The notes beneath the pieces are model-generated. The model did no database searches. It had not been told where the DNA came from and saw nothing but the letters and a program-made list of their open reading frames with translations. Of a stretch of DNA of 64,000 nucleotides, positions 9,074 through 17,430 are shown piece after piece. Position numbers and translations under genes: made by a program. The stretch is from Eubacteriales bacterium (GTDB taxonomy: Bacteria; Bacillota; Clostridia; Oscillospirales; JAAYXM01): NCBI GenBank assembly GCA_045580305.1, contig JAZNNQ010000001.1:115340-179339 (forward strand). The letters run 5' to 3'. The first letter of the stretch is position 1; every line of letters starts with the position of its first letter.

Positions 9074-10021
9074 ATGGAAATTAAGGAAAAATCTAAAAAT
9101 GAACAGATTGATAATCTAACGGAAGAAACAGAGAGCACTTTTAAGGAAATAAAAAAATCGTTGGTTACAGGTGCAATAATTATTTTATGTTTCCTTGTGT
9201 TGTTTTGCGGATACGCTTTAATTAAAAATAACATAAAAAACACTGATGAAACATACCAAAATATGGAAGAACAGACTGAACAATATATAGATAATGAGCC
9301 ACTTCTTGAAAAAATGTATCCCGAAAGCATAATTGTTGAAAAAGGGGATGATTTTATATTAGAATATTGGCCTAAAAACGTTAAGGAACCCTTTTGTAGA
9401 TGTCGTGAAATAACAGAAACAGGAGAGTTGGATTGGTCAAATGATATAACGGTTAAGGGTTATTGGGATCCAGTACGAGGTTATTCACCACACAACGAAG
9501 AACAAGGCTTTCAAACATTTGTTGCACGAGAGGTTGGAACATTTTACATATGTGACCCAGACCAAGAAAAGAACCTATGCAAGGTAACTGTTGTCGAGAA
9601 AACAATGGAAGAAAAAGAAGAAATCCAGAATGATGTCAATACTCAAAAAAACTCTGTTAATGATAATAAAGCGGAGTGCGAAATAATTGTCAAAAATAAT
9701 TTACCTGAAGAATTTAAATATACTTCTTCGTTTGGTAAATGGTATTCTTCTTGTAAAGTGCATAAGGCAGATGTTATTCAAAAAAACGGAAGCGTTCTTA
9801 TTCAACTTTTATGTGAGAAAACATTTGATGAAAAAAACGGGGCTTCTGCTAAATGTTATATTGTTTGGAAATTATATGATGACCAAAATATAGTGGTTGA
9901 TTCCGGACGTGTATCTAAGCATAATATTTCTGTCAATGAAATGTTTACAGAAACAATTTATATATTTAAAGATCTTGCTCCTAAAAAATACATTTTAGAA
10001 TTTTCAGAATTGCAATTATGA
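9074..10021 (+). CDS. Hypothetical single-pass membrane protein with a probable Ig-like extracellular domain
   Basis: N-terminal TM (LVTGAIIILCFLVLFCGYALI); YPESIIV...VAREVGTFYI...CKVTVV resembles a bacterial Ig-like (Big_2) repeat; AT-rich codons. Confidence 0.7.
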   Translation: MEIKEKSKNEQIDNLTEETESTFKEIKKSLVTGAIIILCFLVLFCGYALIKNNIKNTDETYQNMEEQTEQYIDNEPLLEKMYPESIIVEKGDDFILEYWPKNVKEPFCRCREITETGELDWSNDITVKGYWDPVRGYSPHNEEQGFQTFVAREVGTFYICDPDQEKNLCKVTVVEKTMEEKEEIQNDVNTQKNSVNDNKAECEIIVKNNLPEEFKYTSSFGKWYSSCKVHKADVIQKNGSVLIQLLCEKTFDEKNGASAKCYIVWKLYDDQNIVVDSGRVSKHNISVNEMFTETIYIFKDLAPKKYILEFSELQL

Positions 10022-10049
10022 CTTCACCTGTCATCTAAACCATTCGGCT

Positions 10050-10203
10050 CTGCCAAAACAAATAAGCACACCACATTGTGGTGTGTTTATTTGTTTTGTA
10101 GTTAGATTTGAAGGATTCGAAAGGCGGCTCTTAACAAAGTGCCGGTGGCACTTTGTAACCGACGTGGCTTTTCCACAGAAAAGGAATCCTAGTCCGGCTG
10201 CCA
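10050..10203 (+). repeat. tRNA-linked structured repeat unit, copy B (ends in a perfect 20-nt tRNA-Gln 3' end)
   Basis: Direct repeat of 8500-8653; 10184-10203 gaatcctagtccggctgcca is identical to 8486-8505. Confidence 0.92.
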
Positions 10204-10207
10204 TTAG

Positions 10208-10235
10208 AAGAGCAAGTCGTATGACTTGCTCTTTT
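10208..10235 (+). terminator. Hairpin/terminator just after the copy-B CCA
   Basis: aagagcaagtc-gtat-gacttgctctt followed by Ts. Confidence 0.7.
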
Positions 10236-10372
10236 GTATTTGTGTCCGTATGAGAAAATATTATTATAAGTATGTTGCGCCTTCGGTACAAATACACCTT
10301 GAATATGCAGTTTTTGATTTTTGCGGATAATTTGATTAAATACAACGCCTAAAGAGACTGTTTTGCAAAAAA

Positions 10373-10436
10373 GCAAGCGCTACTTGACAATGTTCCAAAA
10401 GAATTTGGTTGATTTTTCCTCGCGAACTGCTAAAAT
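10373..10436 (+). promoter_or_regulatory. Promoter and probable XRE operator of cassette 2
   Basis: Palindrome caag-cgcta-cttg at 10374-10386; TTGATT-16 nt-TAAAAT with extended TG; RBS aaggagg before TTG 10469. Confidence 0.5.
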
Positions 10437-10468
10437 GATATTATGAACTGAAAAAAGGAGGAACTTTT

Positions 10469-11347
10469 TTGTTAAGCGAAAATATCAAAAAATTTAGAAA
10501 ATCAAATAATATGTCACAAGACGAATTGGCAGAAGAATTAGAAGTTACAAGACAGAGTGTCAGTTTGTGGGAAACAGGGCAGACACAGCCGTCTCTCGAT
10601 AATATAGTTGCCTTGGCTAAATTATTTAATGTTTCTACTGATGATCTATTAACAGACGGTAATTTGAAATCTATTGGAGGAGAAAAAACTATGTGCGAAA
10701 AGAAAAACAAAAGAATATATATTTTAATTGGATGTATTGTAGTAATTGCTGTTTTGCTCGCCGTTGTTCTGCTGTGGAAATTCGGAAATTCTGATTCAAG
10801 CAATACGAGTAATATGGATTCCGGCGATGCTGAAGTAGTTGTATCTGAAAAAAATATTGAAGACTTATATGATTATCTTAAAAATTTCGTAGTTCAAAAC
10901 GGTACTACCAACGGGGACTACTGTTATTATTCTAAAACCGCTGATAATTACGGCGGCAATGCAGCCGAAGACTTTTCGCTATATTATTGGGGAGATACTG
11001 ATACGATAGAGTTTTGCTTACATAGAGTTATAGATGATACATTCAGCATCAATTTTTACTTGTATGTTCCTAAAAATTATACCGGCAAATATGAATATGT
11101 AGCATCTCATTATTACAGAGATACAGGTGAACCGATTTATGAGGCAAAAGGAACGATAACAGCCTCTGAATTCACGGAGAGCTATCCGTTAAATTGCAGT
11201 AAATACACTGGCTCGGCAGATGAACAGAATGAATTTATGGAAATTAGCCGAGAAGGCGTATGCAATCTGATTTCTTGTCTTGAGAATTTCATTTCAGTTG
11301 AAAAGCTTGAATATACATTTGAAGATTTTGGATTTACTGCTTTTTAA
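10469..11347 (+). CDS. XRE/Cro-family HTH regulator fused to a TM helix and an extracellular domain
   Basis: IKKFRKSNNMSQDELAEELEVTRQSVSLWETGQTQPSLDNIVALAKLFNVSTDDLL is an HTH_3-type domain; TM IYILIGCIVVIAVLLAVVLLW follows. Confidence 0.88.
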   Translation: MLSENIKKFRKSNNMSQDELAEELEVTRQSVSLWETGQTQPSLDNIVALAKLFNVSTDDLLTDGNLKSIGGEKTMCEKKNKRIYILIGCIVVIAVLLAVVLLWKFGNSDSSNTSNMDSGDAEVVVSEKNIEDLYDYLKNFVVQNGTTNGDYCYYSKTADNYGGNAAEDFSLYYWGDTDTIEFCLHRVIDDTFSINFYLYVPKNYTGKYEYVASHYYRDTGEPIYEAKGTITASEFTESYPLNCSKYTGSADEQNEFMEISREGVCNLISCLENFISVEKLEYTFEDFGFTAF

Positions 11348-11377
11348 TTTCGCTATGCTCTTATTAGAGGTGGTACT

Positions 11378-11719
11378 ATGAAAATAAACAAAGCCAATGC
11401 ACTTCGTTTGTGGGAAGAATATTTCGGCAATGCTCAATTTGCTGAGGATTTCCACGGGAATCTTATGTGCCGAGACGGATACGGAGATGATGATTTTTGT
11501 GTCAATCATTGGGGCAAAATAATTTATTGCGGTTGGAACATACATCATATTTTGCCGCTTTCTTGTGGTGGTACGAACGAAAAGCACAATCTGATTTGCA
11601 CCAATATCTACACAAATGATGAGGCAGAAGATAAGATCACTTATTGGATCGATGACAGTCTTTATCAAGTTCAAAGGATTTATGGCACACGAGAATATGA
11701 AATAGTTAAGCTTAATTAA
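11378..11719 (+). CDS. HNH endonuclease family protein
   Basis: WNIHHILPLSCGGTNEKHNL...N HNH signature; RBS gaggtgg. Confidence 0.8.
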   Translation: MKINKANALRLWEEYFGNAQFAEDFHGNLMCRDGYGDDDFCVNHWGKIIYCGWNIHHILPLSCGGTNEKHNLICTNIYTNDEAEDKITYWIDDSLYQVQRIYGTREYEIVKLN

Positions 11720-11731
11720 TTGGATATTTCA

Positions 11732-11770
11732 AATAAAGGCACACACCACGATGTGATGTGTGCCTTTATT
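11732..11770. terminator. Bidirectional terminator at the island's right edge
   Basis: aataaaggcacac..cac / gtg..gtgtgcctttatt between the convergent HNH gene and ybaK; similar in sequence to the post-tRNA hairpin. Confidence 0.75.
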
Positions 11771-11784
11771 ATATATCTATTATT

Positions 11785-12258
11785 TTATCTTGTAATAGTT
11801 TCTATTTTTCCATCTATCAAGCTGATTAATTCTGTTGGTGATACCTCCACTTGGTAGCCTATTTTGCCGGCGCTAAAAACTATGGTGTCGAAATTCATAC
11901 AAGAGGCATCGATAACCGTCACATATTGCTTTTTCATACCAATGGGCGAGCAACCGCCTCTTATGTAACCGGTTACCTTATTTATATCCTTGACTTGTAT
12001 CATTTCAACAGCTTTTTCACCCACCGCTTTTGCGCATTTCTTTAAATCAAGCTCGTTTAAAACCGGTACTACAAAAACATAGTAATTTTTAGACGGTGCA
12101 ACTGTGACCAGAGTCTTAAAAACCTGACTTGGATCTTTATCTATCTTTTTAGCAACCGACTGTCCGTCGAAATCGCCGTCACTCTCGTAGGTATGCAAAT
12201 CGTAACTTATTTTATTCGCTTCAAGTATACGCATCGTGTTTGTCTTGAAATTTGCCAT
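11785..12258 (-). CDS. ybaK: Cys-tRNA(Pro) deacylase YbaK/EbsC
   Basis: KTNTMR, VFKTLV, TGYIRGGCSPIGMKK, SAGKIG motifs. Confidence 0.93.
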   Translation of the reverse strand: MANFKTNTMRILEANKISYDLHTYESDGDFDGQSVAKKIDKDPSQVFKTLVTVAPSKNYYVFVVPVLNELDLKKCAKAVGEKAVEMIQVKDINKVTGYIRGGCSPIGMKKQYVTVIDASCMNFDTIVFSAGKIGYQVEVSPTELISLIDGKIETITR

Positions 12259-12263
12259 TTAAA

Positions 12264-13223
12264 TCACCATTCGCCAAAGTATTCGTTCGCAAAGTCTACA
12301 TTGTTGACCTTGAAGGTCTTGCCGTTTAAGTAGGAAAGTTCTCCTGCATCGGTTTTGAAATCAAAGGTCAACTTGTAGGAGTAGAGCGCTTGTATCTGGC
12401 GCTTATACTTTTTATTCAAAGCATAGTCGCCATACTTTCCGTCACCCAGCAGGGGATGTCCCGCGTCTGCCATCTGCGCTCTTATTTGGTGCGTTCTGCC
12501 TGTAATAAGCTCGCACTCTACAAGGGACAGCTCGCCGCGTACTTTAATGGTCTTATAAATAAGTGCGGCACTTTTAGCGCCGGGAGTGCGTGCTTTTTTG
12601 ACATAAACACGGTTTTCCTTTGCATCCTTCCACAGAAAACCCTCGAGCCGTCCGTTTTTCGGATTAAGAGTGCCGGAAACAATGCAAAGATAACACTTCT
12701 TCATTTCGCGAAGTTTTATCTTTGCATTCATAATGCGAAGTGCTGGGGCGTTTTTTGCGGCAATTACAATGCCGCCGGTATTTCTGTCAATTCTGTTGCA
12801 AAGGGCAGGTGCAAAGGAATTTTCGGCCTCAGGGTCCCACTCCTTTTTCTGATATAAGTATGCTTGAATATGATCTATCAGCGTGTCCTTGGACTTATCT
12901 TCGTCCTCATGCACGGAAATACCCGGGCGTTTGTCCAAAAGAAGGATATTCTCATCCTCGTAAACAATGTTCAGCTGAGGTTTTAGGGTCATATAACGCT
13001 GAGATGAGGGTTGCTCATCAAAAAACTCATCATTTACATACATCTCAACTAAATCACCCTCAATTAATCTGAGGTCGCGCTCTGCGCGCTTACAGTTTAC
13101 TTTAATACGCTTTAAGCGAATGTATTTTTGCATTAAATTACTGGGCAGGCGAGGGCATACCTTGAGGATAAACTTATCAAGTCTTTGCCCTGCATCGTTT
13201 TTGCCGATGATAAAATCCTTCAT
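12264..13223 (-). CDS. RluA/RluC-family 23S rRNA pseudouridine synthase
   Basis: S4 domain (GQRLDKFI), NRIDRNTGG catalytic Asp, LITGRTHQIRAQ, GDGKYG. Confidence 0.93.
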   Translation of the reverse strand: MKDFIIGKNDAGQRLDKFILKVCPRLPSNLMQKYIRLKRIKVNCKRAERDLRLIEGDLVEMYVNDEFFDEQPSSQRYMTLKPQLNIVYEDENILLLDKRPGISVHEDEDKSKDTLIDHIQAYLYQKKEWDPEAENSFAPALCNRIDRNTGGIVIAAKNAPALRIMNAKIKLREMKKCYLCIVSGTLNPKNGRLEGFLWKDAKENRVYVKKARTPGAKSAALIYKTIKVRGELSLVECELITGRTHQIRAQMADAGHPLLGDGKYGDYALNKKYKRQIQALYSYKLTFDFKTDAGELSYLNGKTFKVNNVDFANEYFGEW

Positions 13224-13299
13224 AATTAGCTCCTAAAAAGTGATAATAAAACTAACAAGGATATAATATCATATTTTAAAAGAAATTCAAAGAAAAATC

Positions 13300-13328
13300 T
13301 TGACAAATGGGTTAATTAACAGTATAAT
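13300..13328 (+). promoter_or_regulatory. SigA promoter of yceD-rpmF
   Basis: Perfect TTGACA-17 nt-TATAAT. Confidence 0.85.
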
Positions 13329-13357
13329 ACCATTTGTACCATTATGCGAGGTGTAAT

Positions 13358-13843
13358 ATGAAAATTGATTTAAGGCCCATAAAACATGAGGTTGGCGCTC
13401 ATATTCCGTTTTCGATAGACATCTCAATAGTTGACCGTGAACCCACTGTACCGTCTCCGGTTAAGGTTACCGGTGATGTGAGAAACCGTGCCGGCTATTT
13501 AATGCTTGAAATGACAATGGAGGGTGAGATTGAGACGGTTTGTGACCGTTGTATTGAGCCTATTTGTCGCAAGCACACGGTATCCTTTGAAGCGGTTCTT
13601 GCCGACAGTGTTGAAGGCGAGGAAGACGATAGCATTATCGTCTGTGAAAATGATGAATTTATCCCCGATGAACTTGCGGCATCGACATTCATCTTAGAAC
13701 TTCCTACGAAAAATCTTTGTAAGGAAGATTGCAAAGGCCTGTGTCACAAATGTGGTGCAAATTTAAATCTGTCAGATTGCGGCTGCGCAAAGAAAGAAGT
13801 TGACCCACGACTTTCCAAGCTGCTCGAGCTGCTTGACGAATAA
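13358..13843 (+). CDS. DUF177/YceD family protein
   Basis: CDRC and LCKEDCKGLCHKCGANLN...C.C...DPRL motifs; upstream of rpmF; start at ATG 13358 after gaggtg. Confidence 0.9.
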   Translation: MKIDLRPIKHEVGAHIPFSIDISIVDREPTVPSPVKVTGDVRNRAGYLMLEMTMEGEIETVCDRCIEPICRKHTVSFEAVLADSVEGEEDDSIIVCENDEFIPDELAASTFILELPTKNLCKEDCKGLCHKCGANLNLSDCGCAKKEVDPRLSKLLELLDE

Positions 13844-13879
13844 AAAATAACGGAACAAACCCTAAGGAGGTGTCCACTC

Positions 13880-14059
13880 ATGGCAGTACCAAAGAGAAAA
13901 CATTCCAAATCCAGACGCGATATGAATCGTAATGCACACTGGAAGCTGTCCCTGCCGGGAATTTCCGCGTGCCCGAAGTGCGGTGCGATGAGATTATCCC
14001 ACAGAGCTTGCAAGGCTTGCGGATTCTACAACGATCGCCAGGTTGTTGAGGCAAAGTAA
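13880..14059 (+). CDS. rpmF: 50S ribosomal protein L32 (missing from the supplied ORF track, 59 aa)
   Basis: MAVPKRKHSKSRRDMNRNAHWKLSLPGISACPKCGAMRLSHRACKACGFYNDRQVVEAK; RBS aaggagg. Confidence 0.97.
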   Translation: MAVPKRKHSKSRRDMNRNAHWKLSLPGISACPKCGAMRLSHRACKACGFYNDRQVVEAK

Positions 14060-14158
14060 GTGCGTGGCGCTCCTATAAAGCGTATTTGGTTTATGGTATA
14101 AAGGGTAGAGGTGGATGTTTTTATCCCCCTCTATTTTTTCTGTAAGGAGGTGTGTAAG

Positions 14159-15445
14159 ATGGGTGCAAAAATCACAAGTGTCGATAAAAACAGTCCTGCA
14201 TATCGCGCTAAGATTATGGCGGGTGAAACGCTCCTTAAAATCGACGGGCACATTATTCGCGATGTACTTGATTATAAGTTCTATTCCTACGAAGAAAAAC
14301 TTGCCTTAACGCTTGATACTCGTGAGGTAAAGATTAAAAAGCGTGAGGGCGAGGACTTAGGCCTTAATTTTGAAACCTATCTTATGGACAAGCAGAAAAG
14401 ATGTGCCAACAAATGCATCTTCTGTTTTATCGACCAGCTACCTCCCAATATGCGCGAAACTCTTTACTTCAAGGACGACGATGCGCGCATGTCTTTCTTG
14501 ATGGGTAATTACATATCACTCACAAATTTAAGTGAAGACGATATTGAGCGTATGATAGCAATGCGACTTTCGCCAATTAATATTTCCGTACAAGCTACCG
14601 ACCCTGAGGTGCGCCGTTTAATGCTGGGCAATCCAAGAGCAGGCGAGTGTATGAATATAATGCGCCGTTTTGCCGAGGCGGAACTTACGCTTAATTGTCA
14701 GCTTGTTATTTGTCCGGGCGTAAATGACGGTGAAATATTGCAAAAGTCCTTGGACGAGCTTATTTCACTGGCACCCGCGGTTAACAGCATATCCGTTGTA
14801 CCGGTAGGCATAACCAAGTATCGTGACGGTCTGTATCCGCTTACTCCGGTTGACAAGGAAAAAGCCGCCGAAATACTTGATATGGTAAACGAGGTCGGCG
14901 ATAAATGCGCCCAAAAATTCGGCACTCGCATCGTGTATTGCGGTGACGAGTTTTATATAAAGGCGGAGCGCAATATTCCGGATGCTGAGTTTTATGAAGA
15001 GTTCCCGCAGCTTGAAAACGGCGTAGGAATGATGGCGCTGCTTAAGGAAGAGTGGGAGGCTGCACTCAGACTTATGGATAATGGCCCAATTTCCGATTTT
15101 ACTCTTGCAACAGGCGTTTCTGCCGCACCTTTTATGGCAAAACTCATTGACGAACTATCAAAAAAATGTGATAATATATTTAACTACAAAGTGGTCGCGG
15201 TTGAAAATAAGTTTTTCGGCGATACTGTAAATGTGGCGGGACTTGTGACCGGTAAGGATCTTACTGAAGCTCTTCGCGGAAACATAGTTGGAGAGCGGGT
15301 TTTGATCCCCGAGGTTATGTTGCGCCATAAAACCAATGTATTTTTAGATGATGTAACTATTGATGATGTAGAGCGCGAGCTTGGTGTTCGGGTAATTCCC
15401 ACACCCAGTGATGGTTTTGAATTGCTTGACATTATCTTAGCATAG
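14159..15445 (+). CDS. DUF512 PDZ/radical-SAM-like Fe-S protein
   Basis: N-terminal PDZ-like segment, [14 protein letters not shown] CxxxCxxC, QLENGVG; conserved position upstream of der. Confidence 0.88.
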   Translation: MGAKITSVDKNSPAYRAKIMAGETLLKIDGHIIRDVLDYKFYSYEEKLALTLDTREVKIKKREGEDLGLNFETYLMDKQKRCANKCIFCFIDQLPPNMRETLYFKDDDARMSFLMGNYISLTNLSEDDIERMIAMRLSPINISVQATDPEVRRLMLGNPRAGECMNIMRRFAEAELTLNCQLVICPGVNDGEILQKSLDELISLAPAVNSISVVPVGITKYRDGLYPLTPVDKEKAAEILDMVNEVGDKCAQKFGTRIVYCGDEFYIKAERNIPDAEFYEEFPQLENGVGMMALLKEEWEAALRLMDNGPISDFTLATGVSAAPFMAKLIDELSKKCDNIFNYKVVAVENKFFGDTVNVAGLVTGKDLTEALRGNIVGERVLIPEVMLRHKTNVFLDDVTIDDVERELGVRVIPTPSDGFELLDIILA

Positions 15446-15467
15446 ACAGAAAGAGAGGTGCTGTCCA

Positions 15468-16790
15468 ATGGCAAAGCCAATGGTTGCTATCGTTGGTCGT
15501 CCCAATGTGGGTAAATCAATGATGTTCAATAAATTAGTGGGTAAGCGTATGTCCATTGTTGAGGACACTCCCGGTGTTACCCGTGACCGCTTATATGCGG
15601 AATGCGATTGGAACGGCCGTGATTTTATCCTTGTTGATACGGGTGGTATCGAACCACATTCCGATAATCAGATTTTAAAATTTATGCGCGAGCAGGCGGT
15701 TATCGCCATTGAAAACGCGGATGTAATCGTTTTAATGACCGATCTGCGCACAGGTATGACCGCAGCGGATAAAGAGGTGGCAAATATGCTGCTTCGCTCC
15801 AAAAAGCCCATTGTGTTAGCTGTTAATAAGGCGGACAAGGTAGGCGACCCACCTGCAGAGCTTTATGAGTTTTACAATTTGGGTCTGGGTGACCCGATCC
15901 CGGTTTCTGCACTTCACGGTCACGGTACCGGTGATTTACTGGACGCTTGTGTAGAGCATTTTCCGCCAAAGGAAGAGGATGAAGATGCCGAGAGTGATAT
16001 TATAAATATCGCGGTTATCGGCAAGCCCAACGCGGGCAAATCCTCGCTTACCAACCAGATTTTGGGTGAGGAGCGAGTTATTGTAAGTGATGTGCCTGGC
16101 ACAACTCGCGACGCGGTGGACTCTTATTTTGAAAACGAACACGGCAAATACAACATCATTGACACCGCAGGAATTCGTCGTAAATCCCGCGTTACCGATG
16201 AAATTGAAAAATTCTCTGTGCTTCGATCAACCCTCGCGGTTGACAGAGCAGATGTTTGCCTTATTATGATAGATGCTACCGAGGGCGTTACCGAGCAGGA
16301 CAGTAAAATTGCAGGTATCGCTCACGAAGCTGGCAAGGCATCAATTATCGTTGTAAATAAATGGGATATCGTTGAAAAAGACGATAAAACAATGCAAAAG
16401 GTTACCGAGGATGTTCGTCGTGAACTTGGATTTATGCCATATGCGCCGATTTTGTTTATTTCTGCAAAAACAGGTCAGCGTGTGCACAAACTGTATGAAA
16501 TGATAAACCATGTTTACGAGATGAGCTGTATGCGCGTAACCACCGGTATGCTCAACAATGTACTTGCTGATGCAACCGCCCGTGTTCAGCCGCCTACAGA
16601 TCGCGGTAAGCGTCTTAAGGTGTATTATATTACCCAGACTGGCGTTAAACCGCCGAACTTTGTTATGTTCTGTAACGACGCTGAACTGTTTCATTTCTCT
16701 TATCAGCGTTATCTCGAGAATCGCATAAGAGAAACCTTCGGCTTAGAGGGCACTCCGGTGCGAATTGTCATCCGACAGAAAGGGGACTAA
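15468..16790 (+). CDS. der: Ribosome biogenesis GTPase Der/EngA
   Basis: Two GTPase domains (GRPNVGKS...DTGG; GKPNAGKS...DTAG). Confidence 0.97.
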   Translation: MAKPMVAIVGRPNVGKSMMFNKLVGKRMSIVEDTPGVTRDRLYAECDWNGRDFILVDTGGIEPHSDNQILKFMREQAVIAIENADVIVLMTDLRTGMTAADKEVANMLLRSKKPIVLAVNKADKVGDPPAELYEFYNLGLGDPIPVSALHGHGTGDLLDACVEHFPPKEEDEDAESDIINIAVIGKPNAGKSSLTNQILGEERVIVSDVPGTTRDAVDSYFENEHGKYNIIDTAGIRRKSRVTDEIEKFSVLRSTLAVDRADVCLIMIDATEGVTEQDSKIAGIAHEAGKASIIVVNKWDIVEKDDKTMQKVTEDVRRELGFMPYAPILFISAKTGQRVHKLYEMINHVYEMSCMRVTTGMLNNVLADATARVQPPTDRGKRLKVYYITQTGVKPPNFVMFCNDAELFHFSYQRYLENRIRETFGLEGTPVRIVIRQKGD

Positions 16791-16794
16791 TAAT

Positions 16795-17430
16795 ATGTCA
16801 CTTGCGCTTAAATACATTATAGTAATTGTTGTTTCCTATCTTCTCGGAAGTATCAATTCTTCCATTATCGTGTCCAAGGCTCTTATGGGCAAAGATATCC
16901 GCGAATATGGCAGCGGAAACGCCGGCAGTACCAATTCCTATCGTATGATGGGCGGCAAAAAAACCCTCATTGTTATGGCGGGCGATCTGCTCAAGGGTAT
17001 CATCGCGGTTGTTTTTGCGGGTATTCTTTTTGGCGAGCTTGGTCAGCTTGGCGGTATTGGTAAGATGACAGCGGCATCCGCGGTTATTATCGGCCATATT
17101 TTCCCGGTGTTTTTCGGCTTCAAGGGCGGTAAGGGTATCCTTACTGCGGCTGCTGCCTTCGGTGTGTTTGATATACGAGTCCTTGCGATAATTTTAGGTA
17201 CATTTATAATTGTTGTGCTTATCTGCCGCTTTGTTTCTCTCGCATCTGTTTGTGCGGCGGCAATGCTTCCGGTGGCGGTCCTTATTCTGGGCTACGGTGT
17301 TACATCGCCCATATTTATACTGAGTTTTGTAACCGCGGCGCTTGTTATATTTATGCACAGATCAAACATTGTAAGACTTGTCCGAGGCACAGAAAGCAAG
17401 TTTTCGTTTAAGAGAAAGGGTGACAAGTAA
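16795..17430 (+). CDS. plsY: Glycerol-3-phosphate acyltransferase PlsY
   Basis: YLLGSI, GSGNAGSTN, GHIFPVFFGFKGGKG, HRSNI motifs. Confidence 0.95.
   Translation: MSLALKYIIVIVVSYLLGSINSSIIVSKALMGKDIREYGSGNAGSTNSYRMMGGKKTLIVMAGDLLKGIIAVVFAGILFGELGQLGGIGKMTAASAVIIGHIFPVFFGFKGGKGILTAAAAFGVFDIRVLAIILGTFIIVVLICRFVSLASVCAAAMLPVAVLILGYGVTSPIFILSFVTAALVIFMHRSNIVRLVRGTESKFSFKRKGDK

Larger units (their letters stand above)
8506..11770. mobile_element. Small AT-rich genomic island / cassette array integrated at the tRNA-Gln 3' end, no integrase
   Basis: Follows the tRNA CCA, contains tRNA 3'-end duplications, has visibly AT-rich cargo genes, and is bounded by housekeeping ybaK on the right. Confidence 0.7.

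Noticed and set aside
8500-10203. CRISPR array
   Set aside because: There are only two ~150-bp units 1550 bp apart, no regular short repeat-spacer period, and no cas genes in the window.
8506-11770. Prophage, ICE or IS
   Set aside because: No integrase, transposase, relaxase or phage structural genes, and no terminal inverted repeats with a target-site duplication.
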